Shown: positions 49,437 through 57,284 of the stretch, piece by piece
How positions within the stretch are numbered: the stretch's first letter is position 1
How the letters are laid out: each line of letters begins with the position of its first letter
From: a virus
Taxonomy: Duplodnaviria > Caudoviricetes
Virus record (IMG/VR): IMGVR_UViG_3300025387_000009
Direction: 5' to 3' (one strand)
DNA length: 64,000 bases
The notes under the pieces: model-generated
Database searches by the model: none
What the model saw: the letters and a program-made list of their open reading frames with translations, nothing else
What the model was told of the DNA's origin: nothing
Made by a program: the position numbers and the translations under genes

Positions 49437-49831
49437 GTTGTTTCAAGTTTGGTAATTTCAGTAATATTACGAATATCATACGTAATACTTGAAAATACCT
49501 TTTCTACCTTTTCTAGATATTCAATTAATAAATCAACATCTTCTATTTCTTCATTTATTTTTTTAATAGTATCAGATGCTTCAACCTTTTCCTTTATTGA
49601 TGCCTTCGGAACGCCTGTTGGTATACCTCCGCTTTCCAGTTGCTTTAAAACGCTTTCTTTTAATTCCTTCTTTCTTTTTTCTAATCTGTTTTTATTTCTT
49701 TTTTGCTCCATTAAACGAGCGATCCACTTATGTTTAAGTGCAGGAGCACGTAACTGCCTATCCATCAGATTAATCTGGTCAATTTGCAAATCTTCTTTAA
49801 TTTCTTCCTGAAATTTATCAAATAGCTCCAT
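49433..49831 (-). CDS. uvsY: UvsY recombination mediator
   Basis: EDLQIDQINL, LKHKW, YLEKV...ITYDIRNI; adjacent to uvsW. Confidence 0.8.
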   Translation of the reverse strand: MELFDKFQEEIKEDLQIDQINLMDRQLRAPALKHKWIARLMEQKRNKNRLEKRKKELKESVLKQLESGGIPTGVPKASIKEKVEASDTIKKINEEIEDVDLLIEYLEKVEKVFSSITYDIRNITEITKLETT

Positions 49832-49842
49832 AAGTATTAATT

Positions 49843-49870
49843 AATATAACATATTATGAATGGATTGCAA
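49843..49870 (-). promoter_or_regulatory. sigma70-like promoter TTGCAA-N16-TATATT (TG extended) for uvsY-uvsW-gp55
   Basis: Read on the minus strand; 11 nt to ATG; overlaps the divergent gene start. Confidence 0.5.
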
Positions 49871-50092
49871 ATAATAATTAAAAATGTTTTAGAAGAAATG
49901 GCAACTAATTGTGCTGGTCAAGGTGGAGCACTCGGTTCTTCTTCTGGAACACCCTCTCAATTTAGTGGAGATGGAGTGTGGAATCCTAAAGAAACAAGAT
50001 TGGCTCAACCATTAGGTGGTGTTATCAGAAGAAATTTCCCACCGTTAATGAATTCTAAACGCAAAAGAAAAAAGAAGAGTAAAAAGAAATAA
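49856..50092 (+). CDS. Small hypothetical protein with basic C-terminal tail
   Basis: TAAGTA at 49831; ends KRKRKKKSKKK. Confidence 0.55.
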   Translation: MNGLQIIIKNVLEEMATNCAGQGGALGSSSGTPSQFSGDGVWNPKETRLAQPLGGVIRRNFPPLMNSKRKRKKKSKKK

Positions 50093-50523
50093 TGGATACA
50101 GGGCACTGGATCTTAAATGAATCTGTTGAAATAACAGAAGAAACTTTCGGCTTTATATACGAAATAACAAATACAGTTACCAATAAAAAATATATTGGTA
50201 AAAAACAATGTCATTCTCGTATTAAAAGAAAACCATTAAAGGGTAAAAAACGAAATAGAATAGATTCAAAGGAATCGGATTGGAAAACGTATACTAGTTC
50301 ATCTAATGAACTGATTGAAGATATTAAAAAACATGGAAAGGATAAGTTTATTTTTAAAATATTAAGAACTTGTGATTCGAAATGGGCATTGGCTTATTTT
50401 GAAGCAAAAGAACAGATGGAAAAGGATGTTTTATTCAGAAAAGATTACTATAATGGCATTTTAAACTTGAGAATTGGTAAAGCACCCAAGCAAGAGCTAG
50501 AAAAATACGGTATTTTAGACTAA
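50092..50523 (+). CDS. Stand-alone GIY-YIG endonuclease
   Basis: GFIYEITN...KKYIGKK, ESDWKTY, EAKEQ, YYNG. Confidence 0.8.
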   Translation: MDTGHWILNESVEITEETFGFIYEITNTVTNKKYIGKKQCHSRIKRKPLKGKKRNRIDSKESDWKTYTSSSNELIEDIKKHGKDKFIFKILRTCDSKWALAYFEAKEQMEKDVLFRKDYYNGILNLRIGKAPKQELEKYGILD

Positions 50524-50533
50524 ATATTAAGAC

Positions 50534-51079
50534 ATGGACTCTAGATGTATATATTGCGCTTCAAAGTATTATGGTAGACCTTGCCTTTATAGTCCAACCA
50601 AAACCCATGTTCACTTTGATGCGCCAAATAAATGTATTTTTTGTGGTTCAAAGGTAACAGGAACGGGTTGCCCCTTTAATCCATATGGAAAAGTTCATAT
50701 TAAAGGTCCTGAATTCCTTGCAAACGTCAAAGAACAGGTAGAAAAATCTACGATTTTGAGTTATCTTTATGAGAATATCTCAAAATTGAACCTAACGCCT
50801 ATAATATCACCTCTAAATCGTTTTTATAAAAGATTGGCTGGAATCCTTGCGAATGCTGGTCAACCATTACTGGAGGCATTGGAGCTTCAGCATACCCCTA
50901 CATACGAAAAGCTCTCAAGAGAACAGAATGTTTTAGCATTTGAACTTAAAGAAAGACTCAAAAAGCAGTATAAAGACATAAATGAGAGTGTGAAATATGC
51001 AAATACTGCTCTGCCACAAGAAATTGTTGAAAATATACTGTTAGATGTTATAATATCTAATAGGGATGAGAACATCTAA
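50534..51079 (+). CDS. Protein with tandem Cys/His zinc-binding repeats
   Basis: CIYC-x7-C-x7-HVH and CIFC-x7-C-x7-H. Confidence 0.65.
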   Translation: MDSRCIYCASKYYGRPCLYSPTKTHVHFDAPNKCIFCGSKVTGTGCPFNPYGKVHIKGPEFLANVKEQVEKSTILSYLYENISKLNLTPIISPLNRFYKRLAGILANAGQPLLEALELQHTPTYEKLSREQNVLAFELKERLKKQYKDINESVKYANTALPQEIVENILLDVIISNRDENI

Positions 51080-51575
51080 AGAGTATTTTTGTTACTACAT
51101 CAAAGATAATGTCCTTATCTTTGATGTTTTTGATTATATTGAAGAGTTAGCAGCTGATTATGTTGATTATGCCCATGAATGGGGGTTTGTCAAAGAAGAC
51201 AAGGTTTCTGATAAGAAATTAAGAATCAAAGAGTTTATTCAGCTATGGATTTCAGATGCTGTAATTAGCATAAATGATAAAGCCAGCAAATCAAAATGTA
51301 AAATTCTGTGTTTTTATAGAGAAAAACAAGATTTAAATATATGGTCTACCTTTTTTGAAGAACCTTTTAAGTTTATTTCTATAGCAAAAAAGAATTTAAA
51401 GCAAAGATTGCCTAATTTTATTGAACATCAGAGTGAAAAACCTATGTTTCAGACTATTAAAGGTACTTTTAACCATATTCCTTGCATTATTCCTACAGGA
51501 GAAGATGAAGAATTTTTAACAAAAGTTAAAAAAAGGTTAAAACACCCTATTGACAAATATAAACCAATTGGGTAA
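51066..51575 (+). CDS. Hypothetical protein (169 aa)
   Basis: ORF overlaps the preceding stop; no motif recognised. Confidence 0.55.
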   Translation: MRTSKEYFCYYIKDNVLIFDVFDYIEELAADYVDYAHEWGFVKEDKVSDKKLRIKEFIQLWISDAVISINDKASKSKCKILCFYREKQDLNIWSTFFEEPFKFISIAKKNLKQRLPNFIEHQSEKPMFQTIKGTFNHIPCIIPTGEDEEFLTKVKKRLKHPIDKYKPIG

Positions 51576-51578
51576 AAT
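51550..51578 (+). promoter_or_regulatory. sigma70 promoter TTGACA-N17-TAAAAT firing into an AT-rich non-coding region
   Basis: Near-consensus; no convincing gene downstream until 51727. Confidence 0.65.
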
Positions 51579-51593
51579 AGGATGTCGTCCGTT

Positions 51594-51680
51594 TTAATAC
51601 CTTTAAGTTCTTTTAATTTAACTATATTATTAATTATAATACTTAAAGTACTTTAATATACTATAATACTTTTAATATTT
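51594..51680. other. Very AT-rich spacer with 14-bp palindrome TTAAAGTACTTTAA (51643-51656) and TAATACYTT-like direct repeats; candidate origin
   Basis: Repeats and palindrome seen directly; origin role is inferred. Confidence 0.4.
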
Positions 51681-51726
51681 CTTGGCAAAATTTGACTTTT
51701 GCACTTTTTGCGTTAAATTTTTCTAT

Positions 51727-52035
51727 ATGACTAGAATTGAAATGAGAATGGATGAATTAGTAAATGCTTTAGAGCGTATAGCAAATGCATTAGAAGAACA
51801 AAACAAGCCAAAGGGGTTGGGTAGTTCTTTTAAGAGTAAATGGTCTGGTAACGGTGTTGCACCATTAAATTGCTATAGTGGAGATGAAGTACATTTACCT
51901 ACAGCAACGAGTGATTTAGTTACTGCATCACATGATGGTGATATTTTATATAAAGCACCAGAAAAGCCAACTTGGTATAATATTAAAGATCCCAACTTTA
52001 CCAATCAAGACTTGAATAATGAACTTTACGGTTAA
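51727..52035 (+). CDS. Hypothetical protein
   Basis: Promoter TTGACT-N16-TAAATT (51692-51719) 7 nt before ATG 51727, a better start than TTG 51682. Confidence 0.6.
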   Translation: MTRIEMRMDELVNALERIANALEEQNKPKGLGSSFKSKWSGNGVAPLNCYSGDEVHLPTATSDLVTASHDGDILYKAPEKPTWYNIKDPNFTNQDLNNELYG

Positions 52036-52043
52036 ATAAAATT

Positions 52044-52625
52044 ATGAAAAAATTATTTATTTTAGCAACTTTACTACTTGTTTCCTGTACGGTTTATACC
52101 GAAAAACAATCAGAAGCACTCAGTCAAAATGTATATGCAACAAATGATTCTGTAAACAAGGGTCGAGTTGATCTTGCATACTATTATTCAGATCAAACTA
52201 CACGTTTAGTTAAAATCCCAAAACATAGAATCAATATTCAATCGGTTTACGAAGCAGGTGATGTTGTTAAAGATTCAAAACAAGGAGAAAAAACTCAAGT
52301 TGTTTTAGTTCCAAAACAGTATCAAAATAGTAAAGTTATAGTTGTTGAATCATCTGAATATGACAACCTCTTAAAAGATAGAGAAACCAAAGATCAGTTG
52401 GCAAAAGATAATATTAATATGAAGAATGACAAAATTAATACCGATAAAGAAATTGCAAGACAAAAGGATATGAATGACAAGATGGTAAATGACTTAAACA
52501 ATTATAAAACACTTGTAGTCAAGAAAGATCTGGCTATTCTTTGGCGAAATTGCGTAATCGTAGGATTAATGGCACTTATTGCTCTTTATTTCTATCTTAA
52601 AGCTAATGGATTATTCTTTTTATGA
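52044..52625 (+). CDS. Unimolecular-spanin-like lipoprotein
   Basis: Signal peptide with lipobox LVSC (Cys15, +2 Thr), coiled-coil region, C-terminal hydrophobic segment (CVIVGLMALIALYFYL); in lysis cassette; TAAATA 5 nt upstream. Confidence 0.7.
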   Translation: MKKLFILATLLLVSCTVYTEKQSEALSQNVYATNDSVNKGRVDLAYYYSDQTTRLVKIPKHRINIQSVYEAGDVVKDSKQGEKTQVVLVPKQYQNSKVIVVESSEYDNLLKDRETKDQLAKDNINMKNDKINTDKEIARQKDMNDKMVNDLNNYKTLVVKKDLAILWRNCVIVGLMALIALYFYLKANGLFFL

Positions 52626-52792
52626 CAACATTAACACAAATAACATCCGCAGTTGAAACTGACATTCCTATAGTAAAAAAAGAAGTCGTAAAGGATGCAA
52701 ATATACTTGTTTTATGGATTAAAACCAATCCATACAAAGCAGTATTTTTGCTAGGATTCATTGTTGGATTTATTTTAGGCACATTGATTTAA
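52622..52792 (+). CDS. 56-aa tail-anchored membrane protein (ElaB/YqjD/DUF883-like C-terminus); not in ORF track
   Basis: MTTLTQITSAVETDIPIVKKEVVKDANILVLWIKTNPYKAVFLLGFIVGFILGTLI; ATGA overlap with the spanin stop. Confidence 0.65.
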   Translation: MTTLTQITSAVETDIPIVKKEVVKDANILVLWIKTNPYKAVFLLGFIVGFILGTLI

Positions 52793-52813
52793 ATTGCCTG
52801 AATAAGTAACTAT

Positions 52814-53284
52814 ATGTGGAATCATATAGTTCTTATAGCTCAAACAGCTAGTGCTTTTTTAACAAATGGAAAAGCACCGCCGAATACTCCACCTGAATTG
52901 GAAAAACAGATGGAGGATGTAAATCATTTAGCATCAAAAAAGTTTTTTGTTATCATGACTTCTTTGTTGATAATTGTATCGATGTTTTTTATCGCCGTAG
53001 GAATTTTATTTTGGATTCCTAAAGATCACGATATTGTTATTACAACTTATGCAACAATTTTTACAAAAATAATGGAGCAAATTGCTCTTGTTATTTCTGT
53101 TTATTTAGGTGCTCAAGGTTTAGTTGATTTAAAATATAATAGTTCTTCAAGTGTTGGTGTTTTTGGTAACGCTCAATCAATAACACAAAATTCAAATGTA
53201 CCAATGGCTCTTCCTGTCAGCGTAGTTGAACAAGTTTTAACAAATAATGCAAAAGAGCAAGATTATAATATAACCGAATTATGA
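52814..53284 (+). CDS. Holin-like membrane protein
   Basis: SKKFF followed by a TM helix and a second hydrophobic helix ending YLGAQGLVD; overlaps endolysin start; TAAGTA 5 nt upstream. Confidence 0.65.
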   Translation: MWNHIVLIAQTASAFLTNGKAPPNTPPELEKQMEDVNHLASKKFFVIMTSLLIIVSMFFIAVGILFWIPKDHDIVITTYATIFTKIMEQIALVISVYLGAQGLVDLKYNSSSSVGVFGNAQSITQNSNVPMALPVSVVEQVLTNNAKEQDYNITEL

Positions 53285-53892
53285 AACAACCTAGTCCAAA
53301 AGCATTAAGTCTAATTTTAGAATACGAGATTGGTGGAGGCAAATCTTACTATGATCAGCATCTTTCCCATCCTACATGGCCCGGAGGTCACAGCGGTCTA
53401 ACATTGGGAATTGGTGTAGATTGCGGATATTATACACCAGATGAATTGCAAAAAATATTTTATTTCTTACCAGAAAAACAACTTAATGCAGTCAAAGAGG
53501 CATCAGGTAAAACTGGTCAAGAAGGAAAGGAATATGTTCAAAAAGTTAAACCGTTAGGAATTACCGTAAGTTATGATCAAGCGATTGATATTTTTGATAA
53601 ACTTACGTGGCCCAAATTCGCACGATTAACCGAAAACACATTCCCCCAAGTTGAAAATCTCTGTGATAATGCCTATGGTGCATTAGTATCATTGGTTTTC
53701 AATCGTGGTGGATCATTACAGGGAGATAGTAGAATAGAAATGAGAAATATAAGAGACTTAGTACCTAAAAAGGATTATAAAGGTATAGCTGAGCAAATAA
53801 GAAATATGAAAAGAATTTGGAAAGGTCAAGGTTTAGATGGTCTTTTGGAAAGAAGAGATGCAGAGGCAAATTTAATTGAAACCTGTGCATAA
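53281..53892 (+). CDS. Endolysin, lysozyme-like muramidase (GH24/pesticin-like)
   Basis: ILEYE, WPGGHSGLTLGIGVDCG, ALVSLVFNRG, GLLERRDAEA. Confidence 0.88.
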   Translation: MKQPSPKALSLILEYEIGGGKSYYDQHLSHPTWPGGHSGLTLGIGVDCGYYTPDELQKIFYFLPEKQLNAVKEASGKTGQEGKEYVQKVKPLGITVSYDQAIDIFDKLTWPKFARLTENTFPQVENLCDNAYGALVSLVFNRGGSLQGDSRIEMRNIRDLVPKKDYKGIAEQIRNMKRIWKGQGLDGLLERRDAEANLIETCA

Positions 53893-53909
53893 AAGATAAA
53901 TATTGAAAT

Positions 53910-54371
53910 ATGAGTAAATTTTTAAAACTAGTTAGTAGATACAATAATCTATTAAGCGAAGCTGATCAGATTTCGCAAGAAGATGATGAAAACACTAGTC
54001 CTGATGTAGCGGAAAATCCGCAAGCAGCAACAGAAGGCGAAGAGTCCGCAGAGTTACAACAAGTTTCACCTACGATTCCGAGTGAATTACCAACCCAAGA
54101 AGCAAATCCACCAATGAATGATGATGGAACGGATGTTGAAACTTTCTTAGGAGCATTAAATGATTTCTTTGAGCAGACATATGAAGGTGATGAAAATTTT
54201 AAAAATCAAGTTATTAATGCATTAAGCGGTAGAACAAATGCAACCAATTTACCATCTATTTTAAAAAAACTTACAGATTTGTTAAGTCCATCAACAACAA
54301 CAAATCCACAGCAACAAATTAAAAACACAAGACAAGATTTAAATAATATTAATTCAGACGAAACTGTATAA
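53910..54371 (+). CDS. Acidic hypothetical protein, putative internal head protein
   Basis: TAAATA 7 nt upstream; N-terminus MSKFLKLVSRYNNLLSE|A. Confidence 0.55.
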   Translation: MSKFLKLVSRYNNLLSEADQISQEDDENTSPDVAENPQAATEGEESAELQQVSPTIPSELPTQEANPPMNDDGTDVETFLGALNDFFEQTYEGDENFKNQVINALSGRTNATNLPSILKKLTDLLSPSTTTNPQQQIKNTRQDLNNINSDETV

Positions 54372-54410
54372 TAGTTTGACTTTTAGTAAAAAACTATTAA
54401 GATAGTATTA

Positions 54411-54713
54411 ATGAATAATATTAATGAAACGTTTAGCATTAATTCTCTAACAAGAGAAGAAGTCAGAACAATCTTAGAAAGCCTTTTATTTGCATCATCG
54501 TGTGATGTATCGGGTTCATTCTACAAAGATGAATCGCTTAACATGTTTGAAATTGCTAAAAAGATTCGTACAATGTTTCCTTCTATCTTATTAGAAGATA
54601 TTAATATAACACCTGTAGTTGATGAAAACGATAAGGAAGTATTTCATGATGATCATACTTCCGAAATTGTAAAGTTTTTCCCTGAAATCTTAGAACACAC
54701 ATTAGTTAAATAA
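54411..54713 (+). CDS. Hypothetical protein
   Basis: Promoter TTGACT-N16-TAAGAT (54376-54403) 7 nt before ATG. Confidence 0.6.
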   Translation: MNNINETFSINSLTREEVRTILESLLFASSCDVSGSFYKDESLNMFEIAKKIRTMFPSILLEDINITPVVDENDKEVFHDDHTSEIVKFFPEILEHTLVK

Positions 54714-54714
54714 T

Positions 54715-55404
54715 ATGAGAATTGCAATATCAGGTTCAACCAATATGGGTAAGTCCACCTTTATCACGGACTTTATTAAAAAGTGGGATATGTACGAAAC
54801 CCCGCAGAAATCTTATCGTGATATCTTAAAGGATAAGAATCTTCCTCATAGCAAAGAGTCAACGGAAGAGACTCAAAAAGTTATCATGGACTTCTTGACT
54901 GATCAAGCTCTTGAAAACTCTACAAAAGAAAATGTTATTACTGATCGTTGCGTATTAGATTGTTTAGCATATTCGGCTTGGTTAAACCTCAACGGAGTTG
55001 TATCAGATAAGTTTTTAGATGAGCAAAGGATTTTGGTTAGAGAGACAATTAAACTTTATGATATTATTTTCTTCACGCCTTTAACAAAGGCAGCAACTGT
55101 ACCAATTGAAAACGATGGCTTCAGGGAAATTGATGAAACTTTCCGTGAAGAAATTGATAATATTTTTAAAGCATTTGGTCAATCTTATAATCAAGGTGAT
55201 GGTAGAATTTTTCCAAAGGAAGATTCTCCTGCTTGGATTGAAATCTTTGGTAGTAGAGAAGAGAGAATTAAGATTTGTGAACTTTACATAGGCGAAGATG
55301 GTAATATGTACGGAGGCGATGAAAGTCTACTCAGCGATATTATTGGCGCATCAGAAAGCGATCTTAAGAGGATAGAAAAAGATATGGGCATTACTACGAG
55401 ATAA
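54715..55404 (+). CDS. P-loop nucleotide kinase (AAA_28/NadR-type, dNMP-kinase-like)
   Basis: IAISGSTNMGKST, ITDRCVLDCLAYS, YDIIFF. Confidence 0.8.
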   Translation: MRIAISGSTNMGKSTFITDFIKKWDMYETPQKSYRDILKDKNLPHSKESTEETQKVIMDFLTDQALENSTKENVITDRCVLDCLAYSAWLNLNGVVSDKFLDEQRILVRETIKLYDIIFFTPLTKAATVPIENDGFREIDETFREEIDNIFKAFGQSYNQGDGRIFPKEDSPAWIEIFGSREERIKICELYIGEDGNMYGGDESLLSDIIGASESDLKRIEKDMGITTR

Positions 55405-55412
55405 GTAGTAAT

Positions 55413-55922
55413 ATGTTAAAAAATTACGATATTCTGGTTGAAAGTCTTTTAAACGAAGGTAGAAAAAGAGACGAGGTTAAAAAATTCAAATTTAATCTCG
55501 ATTCCGTTAAAAAATTAGTCGATGACTTAGATGCCGAAGATGAGCATAAGGGTCATTTTAAATCCATCGTTTTAAAATTAAAAGATAAAGATTTTTATAC
55601 ACCAAAAACATTCAAACAAGCAATTGCTTTAATTTTTAGACAATTAAAGAAGGGTGAAATTGCAGAAGGTTATGCTACACTTTTTTATGATTGGTTAAAA
55701 AATCACGATGAATGTCCATTCGAACCCTACACCAGTGAAGAGCCAGAAGATGACGAAGGCGAAGAACACAAATCAGTAGAAAATAGAGAACCAACCTCAA
55801 AAGAGACTGCTGAGTGGTTTGATAAAGAACCTTTACCAAAAGAGGATTCTACTGAGCTACCAGATGGTAAAGTAGATCAAGATGAAAAAGAAGAAGAAGC
55901 CGAGGTATTCTTCAAAAAGTAA
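55413..55922 (+). CDS. Acidic hypothetical protein, putative internal head protein
   Basis: TAAGTA 5 nt upstream; N-terminus MLKNYDILVESLLNE|G. Confidence 0.55.
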   Translation: MLKNYDILVESLLNEGRKRDEVKKFKFNLDSVKKLVDDLDAEDEHKGHFKSIVLKLKDKDFYTPKTFKQAIALIFRQLKKGEIAEGYATLFYDWLKNHDECPFEPYTSEEPEDDEGEEHKSVENREPTSKETAEWFDKEPLPKEDSTELPDGKVDQDEKEEEAEVFFKK

Positions 55923-55956
55923 TTGACATAAATCTACCATATGTTAAAGTTAGGCG

Positions 55957-56922
55957 ATGAAGTATCGCTTACCTGAAACATATGTCATGAACAAGTTCAT
56001 GCATTATGCAATTGAACCTGAGTTCAAAAAGCATAATGGATTATACAATGCAGCTTGTCCGATTTGCAAAGAGGGTAAGAGTTTAGGTAAAAAGAAAAGA
56101 CTTTGGTATTATCCCCAATCTAATACTTTTCATTGTTTCAATTGTAATCAAACATGGAGTGCTCTTAATTGGATTAAGAAAGCTTCTGGTATGTCTTATG
56201 AGGATATTCAGGTTGAAATATCAACAAATGATTTTTCCGTAGATGTTTTTAAAAAGGAAATCAATACACCAACATTTAAAAGAAAAGATATTCCTGATTT
56301 ACCATATGATTCAATTAATATTTTTGATCAGGTTCAACAGCAATATTACCAAAAAAGTAAAGAATTCCAGAGAGCATTAGAATATGTAACGGGAAGAAGA
56401 TTGCATACTGCTGTTAATAAATCACCAAATCTTTTTATTAGTTTAACCGATAGCATTCATGCAAATAGATTTTGTATTCCTTTTTATGATAGAAATAAAA
56501 AGGTAGTGTTTTATCAAACCAGAGCACTTGATAAAACCGAGCCAAGATATTTAGGTAAATCTGGCTACGAGAAAACCGTTTTTGGTATCGATAGAGTTAA
56601 CGTAGATATTCCTTACATTTTTTTGTTTGAAGGACCTATCGATTCAATGTTTGTTAAAAACGGAGTTGGTGTTGCTGGTATATCCTTGACTAAAACACAA
56701 TCAATTCAGTTAGCCGAATTTCCATTCCACCAAAGGATTTGGGTTTTAGACAACCCTCAACATGACGATACAACAAAGGATAAAATAAAGGAGCTTCTAG
56801 AGAGAGGCGAAAAGGTTTTTAATTGGGGAATCGGTAAAGGCTATAAAGACTTTAATGAATGGGCTATGTTTGAAGATCTCGATGAAATCAATTATCAAGG
56901 AATACTTGACAATTGTTTTTAA
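55957..56922 (+). CDS. DNA primase (T4 gp61-like)
   Basis: Zn ribbon CPIC...CFNC, IPFYD, YQTR, TOPRIM EGPIDS, KDFNE; promoter TTGACA-N16-TAAAGT (55923-55950). Confidence 0.93.
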   Translation: MKYRLPETYVMNKFMHYAIEPEFKKHNGLYNAACPICKEGKSLGKKKRLWYYPQSNTFHCFNCNQTWSALNWIKKASGMSYEDIQVEISTNDFSVDVFKKEINTPTFKRKDIPDLPYDSINIFDQVQQQYYQKSKEFQRALEYVTGRRLHTAVNKSPNLFISLTDSIHANRFCIPFYDRNKKVVFYQTRALDKTEPRYLGKSGYEKTVFGIDRVNVDIPYIFLFEGPIDSMFVKNGVGVAGISLTKTQSIQLAEFPFHQRIWVLDNPQHDDTTKDKIKELLERGEKVFNWGIGKGYKDFNEWAMFEDLDEINYQGILDNCF

Positions 56923-57284
56923 GCTGTCTTTGCTTTGGCGTAACCTTCTAAGTCACGAGCGGTGATTGGTCCTATTCCATTACCAGCACCGGATGCTCTG
57001 ATGTCTTTTCTAGTTGGGTAACCCAATTTAACCCAAAATCTAATTAATTCAGGGCTTGGTGTGTCGTATGGGCTAAAATCAAATTCTGCGATAGTATTGC
57101 CGTCTCTATCTTTAAAGTAGTGATCAATCTTACGATTTGAAGGTCTACCTTTTTCATCGGTTTCTATATCATCATAAGGAGCATAATGGGTTTCGATACC
57201 ATTTATCATATATTTCTCATCCTTGTGAGGATCAGAAAGTTTGCCATAAGCTTCTTGAAGTAAAATTGTATCTTTATCTCTCAT
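56919..57284 (-). CDS. Hypothetical protein, putative internal head protein
   Basis: N-terminus MRDKDTILLQE|AY; coupled to the upstream late gene. Confidence 0.55.
   Translation of the reverse strand: MRDKDTILLQEAYGKLSDPHKDEKYMINGIETHYAPYDDIETDEKGRPSNRKIDHYFKDRDGNTIAEFDFSPYDTPSPELIRFWVKLGYPTRKDIRASGAGNGIGPITARDLEGYAKAKTA

Noticed and set aside
51582-51656. 24-aa hydrophobic ORF MSSVLIPLSSFNLTILLIIILKVL
   Set aside because: The ATG is only 3 nt after the -10 box, so it would probably not be in the transcript; the composition is explained by the AT-rich repeats. A small toxin cannot be fully excluded.
54707-54712. TAAATA before 54715 (and similarly 15229-15234 before 15226) as late promoters
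   Set aside because: Only 2 nt from the ATG and overlapping the upstream stop codon; likely coincidental.
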